Assembly (NCBI GenBank): GCA_964187785.1
Contig: OZ076409.1
Span: 61,382,001 to 61,446,000, forward strand
Origin: Amphiscolops sp. MND2022
Taxonomy: Eukaryota
DNA: 64,000 nt
Direction: 5' to 3'
Position numbers and translations under genes: made by a program
Shown here: positions 25,001 through 40,000 of the stretch, piece after piece
Layout of the letters: every line of letters begins with the position of its first letter
Position numbering within the stretch: position 1 is the first letter of the stretch
Notes under the pieces: model-generated
What the model was told of the DNA's origin: nothing
Database searches by the model: none
What the model saw: the letters and a program-made list of their open reading frames with translations, nothing else

Positions 25001-28000
25001 TCAAGGTCATCCTAGTTTTGAAGCTCTTGTACATTTCATCTTCAACCATTTTGATTTACGTCTTTTTTTCTGGTTTTTCAAGATTTTCAATTTTCAGGTC
25101 TCAAGTGGCACTCAGAAGCCCAGTACATAAGTTGGTAACCCCTTTTTATTGTTACGTCATATTCTGCTGGCTCTGATCACGTGTTTTCCAACCGAAACAT
25201 CATCGGCATTCAAAATGACTTCTGTCCACTTGAAAATTTCATTTCATGAATCATTGAAATCATTTTGTCTTCGCCTATGTAAATGAAATTAGTTTAATTA
25301 AATTCAATGTCCCGCAACAAATTACATTCTATACATTCAAAAAGATTTTGATTTCTTTAACAATCCCGAGAAAATTTTACGATGATGGTTTTCGGGTTGA
25401 AAATGCGCAATATTTTTGTTTTCCAATTTCTTTTAACCGGTTGGGAGGTATCTGTCTTGTCAGAGTATTCTTTGATTTAACCCAACTGTAACTGCCTTTC
25501 AATGACTCATGAATTTACCCAAAATTGACTGATGTCTCACGTTTTAGCATCATTTGGCGGGATGGGCTCTTTCTTACTGCTGAAGGGATATCATTGTTTT
25601 TAGTCGGCGCCTTTTCCCTTTAGGAAAAAAGCCCGACTATTACAGTGGGTAGTTTTTTTTTCAGTTCACTCTGAATGGTCCACTATTTTTGTTCATTTGT
25701 TCAACTTTTTAGCCGAGAGGTCAACCCGGATTTTAGTTCGGATGTAACGTTCTCAAAGTTCGGATATAACGTTTTCAAAGTTCGGTTATAACGTTCTCAA
25801 AGTTCGGATATAACGTTCTCAAAGTTCGGATATAACGTTTTCAAAGATCGAATATAACGTTTTCAAAGTTCGGATATAACGTTTTCAAAGTTCGGATATA
25901 ACGTTTTCAAAGTTTGGATATAACGTTTTCAAAGTTTGGATATAACGTTTTCAAAGTTCGGATGTAACGTTTTCTAAGTTCGGATGTAACGTTTTCTAAG
26001 TTCGGACGTGACCTTTTCTAAGTTTGGATTTAACTTTTTCAAAGTTCGGATATAACGTTTTCATTTCTCGTATAACATTATCGACTTTTCCCCCAAAATT
26101 TCACATAATTTGTTGAGCCTTAGATATGGCGCCGAGCGCCGACTTGGGCCGTTCTCGGCTTGTTGAATCTGGTTGTTTCCTCTAATTTCCTACTATAACT
26201 TTATATAAGTATTAGTTTTGGCTGCCATTTAAATGCTTTTTCACTGAGATGCTTATTGAACACTCAATACAAAAGTTATCCAAATTTATTGTCATACAAA
26301 TTATTGCAACAATTTTTAAAGTTTGTATTTTTCTTTCATTTGGCTGAATCCAATCCGTATTAATTCTTTTGGGGTATCTATTTTTACTTTTTCGGAACTC
26401 ATGAAAACATTCTGTGATCAAACGTATTGATAATTCTATAAAATGAAGATTGCTGTACAAGAACCTTGTGCTTTCAAAGCCTGAAAAATGTGAAGGTTTC
26501 TTACCCATGAAAGAACCGGGGACGCCTCTGTTGTAAAAAAAGAATGGTAAGTTGCGAATGTGTTGCAAGATAAAGAACCTCCTTGCAGTGTCAACAACGG
26601 TCCCATGAATAATAGCTTTTCAAAACTCATTTCGTCTGCAATTTCTAAACATAGTCGTGTTGATAGTAAATTTTTGTTCTTTTTGTTTTAGTACTTGATT
26701 ATGGTAAATGTATAAGTAGTTTGAATCCGGCGGGATTGAGGAATGAAATCTTGAGATCAACTAATTTCAAGGACAAACCTTGCAGTTTATAATTCTTGAC
26801 GAATAATTGAAACAAATATGAACTGGTGGCGAAATCTATTTAAAAACAGATCTTGTCGCTTGTAGAAGTCTTGGATTCCATTGCTCAAACCCCAAACTAA
26901 CTTAGATTATTCTAACGCTGTCCGTCCTTTCACATTACGCAAAACCTTACACGGTCTTTGGGATCCTTGCATCACACGCTTAGCACCTTTTCCACAAATT
27001 TATTTATACGCCTGTACAATTTCGAAGTCAACAGGTTCCAAGAATGGCACTAAATACTGAAACTGTTTTTTTTCGATCTGATTGCATAGAATTAGTTCGT
27101 TCATGAGACTACGATCGATCGGTTGGTTTTTGAGATGGGGAAAATTCTCTTGCGTGAAAAACTTCGATTTTATCAGCACTCTATAAGCGAGTCATTTTTT
27201 TGTTCCACGGTTAATAAACTGTATGAAACTTTCATTGTATATGAAAGCATACAACGTACTGATTTCAAAGCAGTTCTGCAGTTTATTCGCTGTATTAATC
27301 GCAGTTTTAAAATTCTGGGTGCTGAAATTTTTATTTTGGAGAAAGTACCCCAGGAACATCTATTGAGTCTGAAAATTGAATAGAAGATCAGTTTCGGTTT
27401 CAAAGCCTCAGTAGACATTCGTGCTCTTTTAATGCCATAGCTTTAATCTTCTTGTTTTTCATAACTTGCAGATGAAAGCTTTCTTCTCTTTCAACACACT
27501 CGATCGAAATTCAATTGGTTTTTAACATGAAACTTGTAAAACTTCAATGAAAGTTGATGTTTAAAGCTGACAATTTTCGAAGATCAAAATTTGTGATAGC
27601 AATTTAGCAAATGAGTTTACGCTTTATCAAACAAATCATTTTGCTTTCAGTTCCATAATGGAATCTTTGATTATATTAGATTGAATTTTTTAGACCTGCT
27701 GCTTTTGTTAAGATTTTCTAACTGACTCCTGTTTTATGATTTTAATGGATTTGGGTTTTTCAAGTTTTGATGAAATTTTTCAACAGATGCGAAGGAAGGT
27801 ACTAAGTGCTTTGTACATTTTCAGACCTTGAGCCTATAACGTACATAAAGAAAGAGAAGAAAACGAATTCAGAGAATGTGAACAACAACCGGCCTCCTAG
27901 CATCACAGTTGGACCTACAGGCATGAAACTTAGGATACCCGACACAGACACCGACTTCGCAGAGTCGGCCACTAGCCCGACCAGCTCTAAGTCCGATTAC

Positions 28001-31000
28001 TCCCGTCGGGGCTCTTTCCATAGGTTAGCTGTGGTTTAAAAATTTGTTATGCCTCGTAAGATCTATCACCCAAGTTACCACACAAAAGCGTCCCAGACAG
28101 AAACGCCCAAATTACACAGTCAAAAGCGCCCCAATCAGAAGCGACACTTTACCACCAACAACTTGAAGTTCCTCACAGCAATTGAATAATTGTCAATTTT
28201 TCATTTTAAAACAAGCCTTGGCAATTGCTCTATTAAGAAATTAATATTTTTGTTCTCAAATGCCAAAATGAGCAAGTTGCCAAGTTTTTTGTGGATTGGT
28301 GTGTGAAAATGTCAGCATTGATATTACAACTGGATAATATGCTCAATCAATACATTCGATTCATTAATTTTAGGCAATAGAAACAGCTGAATTATTACAG
28401 ACCTTTTCGATTAGGGCGCTTTTTTCTGTCACACGACTGCCCCAGTTTTTCCATTTGTTTTCAACTTTACGCTGAGTCACTTGAGCATATGAAAAAAGAT
28501 TCTTCCAATCAACAGGAAAGGACTTGCCCTCTTAACGGAGTTTCAAGGCATGTTATTCGTGAATTTTAAGACTGTAACTTTGGGATTTCTTTTGGGTAAC
28601 AAAGTGGTGTGTCAAGTAGATTGGCAAAAATCCACCACCCTTTGTTTTATGAAATATGGGTGCCCCGTGTCTACAGGGTTCCCTATAGAAGTCTTATGTG
28701 AAAAGTACATTCACTTACGCCAAACGTGAGACTAATAGTTTTCTCAACTAGCTCTGAGCGAATTTTAGTAGCGAAATGCCATTAAATGATCTTCACATTA
28801 GAATTCATATCAAATGGTATTGAAATGGTAGCCAGCGCCATTTTGGGTTAACTAGTTTTCATAAAGCAAGATCTGTAATGTAATGAATTTGCAATGTTTT
28901 CAGCAGAATCAACCGCAGGTAAATTTGATCTATCCACTAGGGCATTCAATTTAGATGAGCGCTTTTGAACCAGAATTGACCTAGAATGTAGGAGGATCAG
29001 TGCACATATGTGTAGCACTGTAGTGTAGATACCATAGATGGTCACATATTTACCAAATGACACAAGCTCAGATCAAATTATGAATTTATTCGAAAATCAC
29101 AGTCGAAATGAAATTTAAAGTAAGATTGATGTTTTCAACTTGTTAAATTATTTTAACTGTGGATATTTTGACTGTGAAGAATGGATTGACATGAACCCTT
29201 TTCGTTTAAGAGTCGTTACAAGTGTTAATTTTGGACGTAATTTGATGTCCGTCAAATCTTTAATTATCAACAAGAGGAGAACGTCTCAAGATCCCGCTCA
29301 AGGCTCAAAAAGTGCAAAGCTTTAAAATATGCGCTGGGTTTATAAAGAAGAACGTCTTTTCCCAATTTCACGGGTGGACACCGCATAAGCAGTTCTGCTT
29401 TTCTGAGCGACATTATTGTCATGACCGAAAACATGGAAAAAGGAAAAGGGAACCCTTTGATGAAAAATTAATTTCTAAAAGTCGCACTGTGCCGAAAAAC
29501 CCTAAGAGGGGGACCGACCCTTCCGTCCAATATAATTTTGAGGAGATTGTAAGACTAGGTAAAACTCAGGCAACCCTTTCTCAACCATAAACTCATCCCT
29601 TTAGAATCATGGGGTACCCTTTAGAACTTAGGCTTAAAGTCTAAAAAGTGGACCATTCAGTGGGAGGTCTATGGTCTGATGAAACAAGACGAGAACGTCT
29701 AAAGTCGGAGCTATATCTAAGGCTCAAAAAGCACAAAACATTTTTTTTGAAAAAAAAACTTTCGGAAAATGTCGCATAGTGCCCAAAAATGTAAAGGGGA
29801 CCCTTTTTACCCACTCGGTCAGCCAAGAGGCTGACCACTCGGTCTCAATTTAAAGACTGGGCTCTATTTAGTCTCTATTTAATTGCCAGTCTCCATTTTC
29901 CCATATTTTTAGTCGGCGCTCCATGAAGTGAAACGCGACTATTATAGTGACTCTTTTTTGCCAATACACACGAACTGACCAAAATAGTTCTCAAAATTTC
30001 TACGAATTTTTATGGTCCCAAATTGAATAATTTGACATAGCGAACTGTACCAAAAAGGTTTTTCCTCTTCCGCGTTTCATACAATACCGAGAGAGATTAA
30101 AGGGTTCCCCATTTCAGTTTTTTTCCGGCATTGTGAGACTTTTTTTCGAAAATGAAGGATAACATCAAAGTACATCTGGGGATATATGAGCGTAGAACGA
30201 GTGCAAGTGTTACAAAAGAGATCAGCAAAATTGAAGGGGGACCCTTTGAAGACATTTAAAAAAATTTTCGAAAAAAAACGAAAAATGAGAATTTTGAAAC
30301 AGTCTCATAGTGCCGAAATCAGAGCTTTTTCTTCAGAAGGGGCCGCAAAAACTTTTGGGTGGTCATGAAAAAATTCTAAAATACACTAAATGCCCAATCA
30401 AACACTAACAAGACGGGAACGTCTAAAGTCGGCGCTATATCTAAGGCTCAAAAAAGCGCTAAGTTTTTTAGAAAAAGGCTTTTTGAAACTTCAGTTTGCT
30501 GCAAAATATCAAAAAACTTGAAGGGGGGACCGTTTGGCGACAAAGGAAAAATTTGAAAATTTTTTGAAAAAAATTCAAAAAAACGAAAAAATGAAAATTT
30601 TGGAAGTCTCACAGTGCCGAAAGACTAGAAAGGGGGACCCTTTGGGCTTTTTGAAACTTCAGTTTGCTGCAAAATATCAAATACTTGAAGGGGGACCCTT
30701 TGGCGACAAAAAATGTAGAAAAAAAGTCGCACAGTGCCGAAAAAATTCAAGGGGGCCTATAGTCTCGTCCGGTTTTGCATCTTACGTTACGTCCGGTTTT
30801 TATCAAGTCTCTTTGGTCTCTAGTTTGAGTATCAGGACGCTTTTTAGTCTCTATTTAGTCTCTATCCACTATCGATCATTTGGTCTCTATTTTCGGAAGC
30901 TTAGGATGGTCACCCTGCATTTGGGATTTATTGACATACATTCAGTTGCAAAAAGGCACCCTTTTGAGACATTAAAAAAATTTCGGAAAAAGTCGCACAG

Positions 31001-34000
31001 TGCCGAAAAAAAGCGATTGTTACAAAAAGCGATTAAAAACTGCTAGTTTATATTGTTTGGAAATTATTGCAATCTAACATGACTGCAGCAATGAAATATT
31101 TCAAGTCTGTGTTTTGATTGGCTGTGTGTTTGAATAAATTGTTTTTTTTGGTTGTCAGAAATTTTCATTCCATTATGGTATAAAATTGGTGGTGGATTTC
31201 CAAATAAGAAGAGCAAATAACTAAATTAGTTTCAATTAACAAAAATCAAAGGAGTTTTACTTTAAAAAATAAAATTGTGTACGAGAAAGTTTTAGTGGTC
31301 AAAAGCATTCACAATTGGAAAGATTCACTGAAAAAAGTATGAAAATTACTGATAGAATTTCTTGAGTTCGATTGTTTAACCAGGTATTCGGTTTCATTTT
31401 TGTTAAGTGATACTAATTTCATTTTTGTTAAGTGGCACTAATTTTGTTTTTGTTATTTGGTCTTTTGTTATTTGGTACGTAATCAAAATTGGTGTCTGCA
31501 ATTGCGCCTTCATGAAAAATTTCACTTTCGCCATAAAGAATCAAAAACGCGTGTCATTTTTGATCTTGTGTGAAATAAAAACAATACTTTTCCGTTTCAC
31601 TAGCTTCAAACCCCAGTTAGTAATTTGTGAGCACTGAGCACATCATCTTGTACATGGCTTCCAATTTGATCAAAATTAAGACCTGCTTCAATTGTTTGCT
31701 TGAAACGATCTGTTCGAATAGTTCAATGAATTTCCGGGCGAATATGTTTTTTTTTGCGGCCTAAATGTTACAACTGGAAATGCAATCATTTATTTAATTG
31801 ATAGTCAAAGTTTTATATGCCTGAGTAAGTTTGAATTGATTGTTATTTTGATTATTATATTATCTTTAATCCAACTGATTAAAAGATCTGTTTGAGTTTA
31901 GTAAGAATTTCGAATTATGCGTTTTTTATTTCTGCTTTCCTTTCATGTTTGTTGAGAAGGTAATCTCTTTCCGTTACTTGTTGATCTCAGAAAATGTTGT
32001 TCGATAGACGAGAAAAATTGTCTCTTGCAAGACTCTTGCTCGTTGTTGAGATGTTTTCAAACAACGATTTGAAAAAAAGCTTTAAATCATCGAGTTATTG
32101 CATCGAAAATTGCCAATTGTGTGAGCTTTGAAATGACTCGCAGTCGATTTCTAACCCACCTTCCGTCGTCTTTAATGATATAAGCAGACATGGCTTTAGA
32201 TTCATGCACTGTGGGTTTTTCGAATAATGATTTTGTTCATAATTGATGTTTGATTCAAGTATTTGGAGAATTGAATTTTACCCTCAAATATTGGGTATTA
32301 AAAATCAATCATAAAACCACCCAATGGGGCCGACCTTGGTTTTGGTTCACTTGTTTTGCCTTTTGTTACTCTCTTTGATAAATCATGACTTTGGAATGTG
32401 TTCAGGGCGTCCATCTATATTCGAGACAGTGTGACCCTACATCAGCTGAATCTGAAGTTCAACAAGTGTTGTGGAGGATTCCTCTGCTGTTTCTGCAACG
32501 AGACCAGAGATGCTTATGAGTACTATTCGCATAAACGCAGCCTCGTTCTGCACAAGATTGTCACTCGCATCAAAGAAAGACCCTTCGAAAAACGAACACT
32601 GCCCATGTTCTTTCTCACACTTCCATCCAAACCTGTGAGTTTAGTCTTCAGTGCCTTCCTTCCTCTCTCGTACAATCAAAAAACACAAACTTGTAAAATC
32701 AATGGAAACTTTCCGCTTTTTATGGTTGGCTGAAGAGGCAAAAGCTCAAAATTTATTCGATTCAGATGAGAGCCATTTGTTCATATTTCTGGTGAAGGTG
32801 GATTATCATTGAAACTCTAAAATTTTGCTTTCTTCTGTCATTATCGCTCACTGGTATTTTTCATTCAAATGCGGGGGTTTCTGTAGTGTGTGTCACGCTA
32901 AAAAGAAATAGAGCAGGAAAAATGTTTAAGCGTATTAGTCTTGTGGTGCCACGTTATACTGTCATGAATATCCATCCATGATTCATGGCTTGCCATATCA
33001 TGCACTGTGAATTAGATATCATCGACCCTCTAGGCAGCTAGGGGATGCTTAGTTGATATGAAGCGATCGAATATTCACTAAGCAATCGTTCGCTGACAGC
33101 TTCGCCTGTTTTCAAAAAGGAATGCAAAAGGCCATCACTATTTCTCATCATGCTTTCTTTGAAATTTACAACATTTGCACATCCTCAAAATTCAAATTAG
33201 GGATTATTTTGAGAATGGAGAGATTTGCTGCTGGAAAGACTCATAAATACTTTTTGTCCTAAAAGGTCGAAGTTTCAACTGAGTTTTTTAATTCATATAA
33301 CTCATACATGTATGGTACTTCTTTTGTTGCAGGCAGCGGACGCCATCTGCAACTACCTGCCTGTAGACGCAGCCCTGGTCACCCAACAGTGGGAGGTGTC
33401 GCTGGCACCCAATGTCGATGATGTCATCTGGGAGAACCTGTCTTTGAGCACTTTCAACAAGAGACTCAGATGGGTCATCGCCCAGATCCTCTTCACTATT
33501 CTATTCCTCTTCATCTCAACACCTTCTATCGTAATTCAGGTAACAAGTAAAACAATCTTGAACCCCAGGTGCAAGTTGGCAGCCCTTGTTGACACTCATG
33601 AAGAGAAGTCTCTTAAACATGGTCAGAGACAGTTATTGAGAAGCTTCTTATATCTCACGGTGCCGAAAATGGTTTACTTCAGGCTTGAAAAAGCGCTCTT
33701 TTTGTCCTAAAAATATTTAAAAAATACGAAAAAAAGGACCTTTTTGTGAAATGAAAAAAAAATTCAAAAAAGTTGCACAGGGCGACTGATAAACCGTCGG
33801 ACTTTGTAATCAGTTATGATGCTTCATTGATTTGAGTTGATCACATAAGTCCTCGAGTTGAATTGGCTATCCTTCTACAGGCCGATACAAACTAGTAATA
33901 AATGGTATTTGTTTTGTTCTGTTGACTTTTCACTCCACACGTTTTAAAATTAGAATTTCACCTAATTATACTAGAAACGTAATTTCTGAAACACTCTAAA

Positions 34001-37000
34001 CTCAGCTACAAATTTATGTAAATTTTCCATTTTTAGTCGGCGCTTTTCGTAGAAAACGCAGACTATAGCAGTGACTTTTTTAAGAACAACAGATTTTATA
34101 AGCTTTATAAGCTGGCTCCCACTAACTCTAACTGCCACACTAAACTGCTACTTCTACTGGCACTTGGCATAGAGGTTAATTAGGATTTTTTGAGGTCTGC
34201 CAAGTAGAAGGACGTGGGTTCCAGTGTCGCCCTTGACCAAAATTTTTTTGTGCATGTTATTGCGGCTTTGTGAGCTTTTTTTCGCAATTTTTTTAATGTC
34301 TCCAAAGGGTCCCCCTTCATTTTTTTTTCCATTTTGCAATAGAAAGGATGCTCAAAAATTCCAAAGGCCCACCTTTTACATTTTTCGGCACTATGCCACT
34401 TACCGGAGACTTCAAAAAAATTTCGAAAAAATTTTTGGAAATTTTTGTCCTCATTCGGGTACTGTAGAAGAAAGTACTTGACACTTAGAAGTCCTTTTGC
34501 TATTTTTGAGTCTTAGATATGTCGCCTACTTTGGCCGTTCCCGGCTTGTTGCACAGAATTTTACGCTTGTAGAGCGGGTTAAGGAAAAGTTGTGATTTGT
34601 TGTTTCAGAGAACAGAGGAGCTGAACAAGTACACAAGCTGGCGCGACCACCTGGAGAGGGTGCCTATGGTGCGTCTGTTCATAGCCCCTCTCATTTTCGT
34701 GATCCTGGCGGCCTTGCTGCCCTTCCTGATCATCCTGATCTCGGACATCAGGGGCTTCAGCACCAAGTCCAAACTCAATTACTACAACTACACCAGAGTG
34801 TACATCTTCCTCTTCTTCATGGTTCTATTCCTGCCTAGCATCGGTCTTACCAACTTGAAAGGTAAGCAAGTGGCAGACAGCACAGCACTGAGTTCAAAGC
34901 AGCTCATTAATCAACTGATTGGTTTCCACTTTTTATTGTTTCCAAAAATTGTATTTCAACAACTGTTCCTGGAAATTAGGTTTCTTAACATCATCGCTGA
35001 AATCTGTGCACTGTTTGTATTTTGGTATTCTGTAATTAGCGTAGAAGTGAAATTAGTGATTCTGGTGAATCTAAAATCAGTGGAATGAAGTGAGAAGTTG
35101 GAAAGTGAATTGATTCAATTCTAGCCGCGTGCATGTTTTAAAAGATAGCTATCTAATGAGGCTACGGCCGAGACACGTTTTGTGGTATTCAGAAAGTTGT
35201 TTGGTTTTTGCACATGACGAAGTCAATGTGCATTGCAGTCCAGCTAAGAAAGTTTTTTTTCCACAATAGTCAACTTCATAATGAGCGCCTTTTAGACAAA
35301 AGCCAAAACCCCTGAGAGATTCGAACCTGCAGCCTCCCGATTGCACGGCATAAGTGTTGACCACTGTGCCATAGGGACGTTATTGAACAAAGTTGAACTG
35401 TTGAATATATACGCATGCGATTAAAATAATATATATATATATACGCATATTAAAATAATGTCTTCGTCATGTGTTGCGAAGCACCGCTTCGCCTCTGTGT
35501 TAAAATTAGTCCTCCTACACAAGGAGGCGAAAGGGTACTGCATATGAGTTTTACATCTCGAAACTACATGGGACCGAAAGTTTTTTCGGCACTGTGCGAC
35601 TTTTTCGATTTTTTTTTCAAAATTTGCTCTGAGGCGAAAGGGTACTGATTATGAGTTTTACATCTCCTCGAAACTACATGGGACCGAAGGGTTTTTTTCA
35701 GCACTGTGCGACTTTTTCGATTTTTTTTTCTTACACGGCACTCTTATATTTGTGCGATTTTAATTGAAAAAACCCTGAGCATAGTTCAAATACTTTTCAC
35801 TTTTTGAACCTTCAGTGGGGCGCCGACTTGACGTTCCTGTCTTGTTCTCAATATTTGTCAGAAGGTTTATAATCTAGTTTCGAAGCCACTAGCGGAAAAT
35901 GGAGTGTTTCAAACATTATTATCAAATAGGGGCTCTGTTCTTTCATCACAGTACTACTGTGTTGTGTGTTGCAGGTCTAATTGAGGAGTTCATCAAAGAC
36001 GGAGTGGACCAGCTTCATTACAGCTGCATCTTCCACCCCGAGAACGGCGCCTTCTTCGTCAATTACGTCATCTCGGCCTCCATGATCGGGCTGATGGCGG
36101 AACTGCTGCGCATAGCAGACATGCTCTTCTACCTCATTCTACTCATACTCATGAAGTCCAAGGTTAGTTCAGTACAATTTGAACTGTACAATGTAGTAGC
36201 TGGCAGGCATTCCATTATGGAGCGACTATCAGTTATTGGTGAACTGGGTAGGATTGGTGCAAAGTTTGACATTTTAATAGGTTGTTCTCATTGAAACAAA
36301 AACGATCCAAGCCCCTTTACTCTTGAGATAAATTTTTCTCATGAATGAAAAAAGTGGATATAAGGTGTATCCAAAATGTACAAGGGGTATTTTTTTGTTA
36401 TAAAATGATTACAGTTGTACTGTTTATTTCTCAGGCCGAGCGTAAGTTTGTGAAGAAGCAGTCGATACTGCAATTCCCGTATGGCTACTGCTACGCATTC
36501 CAGCTGCTGGCTGCGTGCATTGTGATCGTGTACTCGCCCATCTGTCCTATCATGGCCCCGTTCGGCCTGTTCTACTCGCTGATGAGACACTACGTGGACA
36601 GATACAACCTATACTTCTCGTTCGAACCCTCCAAACTCAACCACAACATCCACAACTCTTCTTCATTCATTCTCCTATTCGCCGGATTTCTCAGGTAGTC
36701 GTCACTCCCTACTGACAACTGTACTTATGGCTGTGATAAAATGATTTGTGAAGTAAAAACCTTGCGACCAGAGTCAGTTTAGAACCTACACTGCTAGGAT
36801 CTTTGTTATAAATTAAACCGCGCGACATTGATCGTGCTAACAGTTTCTGAAAACATCATGGAAAATTATTGCCATGCTGCTGGAGAAGTTTTGGTGGCTT
36901 TTCAGAAAATACACATACTGATGTTATTGATTGGCATTTTATTGACATCCCTTTGGGCATTTTATTACACTTGCGATAAGAATGTTATACGAAACTATAC

Positions 37001-40000
37001 GCTTTTTCACGGGTGACAACTCGCTAAACTAGCCATCAAGTAGCAAAATTTTCATGTCAGGAAAACGCACTACTTCTCGGCGTTTCCGCGTTATTTTTGC
37101 TGAATCAATTGCTGATAATTTCATTTGTTAAATCTTATCTATCACAGTAGCCACAGATGCTTCAAAATTTCTAACATGTTACCCGCGGCTACTAATTGAA
37201 AAATGTTTCCAACTTAGTTTTTCAAGGCGGTTTAATTACAACTGTCTAAAGTCCCAGCGAAAGATTCGGGTTTTTGTTTTTCGCTAGCAAAATAAAAATT
37301 ATCAATGTTTTTTCAATTGCCAATTAATTATTGCGAACCTTGAATGTGTGCTATCTGTCTTCACTGGTTGAAAATCGATTCAAAGAAACGGTATCCATGA
37401 AGTCGTGTTCAGGTCAATAGAGATTTTTTCTAAGTTTCAAATATTCCGATAATTTTTTCGTCGAATAATTGATGCTGGAAGGTGTCTGATTTTTTCCAAA
37501 GGCGTATTAGCCGAAAATGCGGATAATATTGCAGTGCGACTACGCATCTAATTCTAGTATCCAGCTAAGCTAGCAATCTGTTAGCCTTGAGCAAAAGTAA
37601 GCGAAGTAGCGGTTTGACTTGTGACATAGGATGAACTGATAAGCTTAGTTTTCTCCTGCTCAGCGGTGATAGCGGTCGAATCCCTTGATAATTATTTTTA
37701 AAAAATTGCTCAAGCTTTTCATTGATTTTAATTAAACTGTGCAGTTGGTCGATTTCTCAAAAATAACTTCAAAGGTGTCTTTGTTTCCAAGATAAACCGC
37801 TCGATTTTTTAATCATTCTGATGTTTCAACTTACTTTGGTGTACATTTTAATGATGGTTTCTCATCGTTTCAGCTTAGTAATTCTGTTCATCTACAGCAT
37901 CCTGAACACAGAATCGGACACCAAACTCAACAATGCAAACTCAATTTTCCTGCTTCTGCTGATTATCGTAGTGCTCTCCTATTGGCTGATTAAAAAATTT
38001 CTTCACATGGTCAACTCTGTATCGAAAGGCGTGATTGAAACTTCAAATCTCATCAGACAAGGCAGTCAGGACGATATTTTGAATGCGGGGGCCCACCAAA
38101 CTGCCTCTGTTGATGGCAATGCCAATGTAACGCCGTCCAGGTACACAGCCATGTCCAATTGAACAAAATAGGTTGATGAATGGGTCAACGTTATAATTGT
38201 CGGTACTACCATCGAATCCGTTGATGGTGGTTTTTAGTCGGCGCTTTTATATGATAAAAGAGCCCAACTATTACAGTCACTTGCTTTTTTCTTTAAGACA
38301 GACTCGAACGCGACGAAATTTTTGTTCAGTTTGTTGAACTAAACGAATACCTGGGAAACATATCTAAGTTATTGCAAAGGGTCCCCTTTCATTTTTTAGT
38401 CGGCGCTTCATGAAGTGAAACGCGACTGTTATAGTGACTTTTTTTTCTATCCACACGAACTGACCAAAATAGTTCTTAAAAGTTCTACAAAATATTATGG
38501 TGTCAAATAGCACCATTTGGCCTAGCGAACTGGACCAAAATGGTTTTACCTGTTTTTCCGCGTAACATATCATACCGGGCGAGACCAAAGAGTCCCCCCT
38601 TTCAATTTTTTTCGGCACTGCGAGACATTTTTTTTTCGGATTTTTTTTCGAAATTTTTTTTCCTCGAAGGGTCCCCCCTGCATTTTTTTGATGTTTTGCG
38701 ACAGAATGGATGTTGGAAAATCCCAAAGGGTTCCTCCTTTCAGTTTTATTCGGCATTGTGAGATTTTCTCCCGAAAATAAAATTTTTTTCTTCAATTTTT
38801 TCATGTTTTGCGACAGAATGGATGTTGAAAAACCTCAAAGGGTCCCCCCTTTCAGTTTTTCGGCATTGTGAGACGTTAGCGCGCCAGGGGCTCGCGGTAG
38901 CGAGCCCCGGCGCGCCACTCGGTCCATTTTTAGTATGTAATTTTTCAAAAAAAATTTCGAAAAATTTTCGATTTTCGACTACTGTAAACGAATACTTGAC
39001 ACTTGGAGAACTTTTTGCTATTTTTGAGCCTTGGATATGGCGCCGACTTGGGCCGGTCCCGGCTTGTTACTTTTTAAACGTAACATACAAAACCGGACGA
39101 GACTGAAGGCCCCCCTTCCCATTGTTTCCGGCATTGTGTGACTTTTCGAATTTTTTTTGTCTCCAAAGGGTCCAACCTTTGATTTTATTGAAGTCCCCCT
39201 TCGTAATATCCTGATTAAAGCGCTATATCCGAACGTTTGACGTTATATCCGAACTATATTGCGTTTTTATTATTTCTGCTTCCGCAGGAATATTATTGAA
39301 TCTCAAAATGTCTACTTTTTTCAGTACAATTCTTCGTATGATACTGAATAATTCAGATATTTTGTTCGGCAATGACTGTAAGCGTGAGAATTAAATTTCT
39401 CAAGCTGCCGACGACAATTCAATTCTCGTGCGATGGAACGAGCGAGTGGTAATTATCCATTCTTATGCTGACGTCATTGAGATGAAGCGAGCGAATGTTC
39501 GTAATTGTGCTTTCGTTGCCCCGAGTTTTTGAGATGAAGCGAATGAGTGTTAATTATTCGTTCACAGGAGTATTGGTATTCCAGATATGATTCTATTATT
39601 AATTAAAGATTAAAGCAGAAATAGTAGTGTATCCCGGAGGGGCCTATTTTAGTAATCCCAGTATATGCAATGATTACAAGATAGCAATCCGATACGTAAA
39701 TTTAATAGATTACCCTGTCCCGTGAGAGTCTATTTTAAGACCAGACTTCAGATAAAAGAAAGCGGTGCAAGTTATCGATTCTTTTTATGAGTTCATATTC
39801 ATATGTTGTCAGATTTTTTCTGAGCTCTGAAATTTTTGAACTGGACATTGCTGCAGATTTGACGGGCATCAAAAATCTGCTTCGTCTAGTAAAACGCCTC
39901 AAACGGTCATTCCGAAACTGACGTCGCAAAATGTTTTGTCAGCTGGTGATACTTCCAACATCGGATACGATATTCAAATCAACATCGAAGACGACAAACG

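Noticed and set aside
25736..26063. CRISPR-like array
   Set aside because: Units are head-to-tail with no unique spacers, and the context is eukaryotic with no cas genes.
27787..27798. 12-nt microexon (CAACAG|ATGCGAAGGAAG|GTACT)
   Set aside because: The following intron to 27824 would be only 26 nt, too short to be credible.
30534..31046. 170-aa ORF and similar K/F-rich ORFs (127-504, 10292-10739, 38364-38804)
   Set aside because: These are chance frames through HINE repeat sequence.
35306..35378. Functional tRNA gene
   Set aside because: Stems are imperfect and it is embedded in a repeat element; treated as tRNA-derived.
39813..39921. Alternative acceptor for the TMEM63 last exon
   Set aside because: It gives a stop after ~36 codons and leaves the long 39857-40610 frame unexplained; the acceptor at 39856 fits better.
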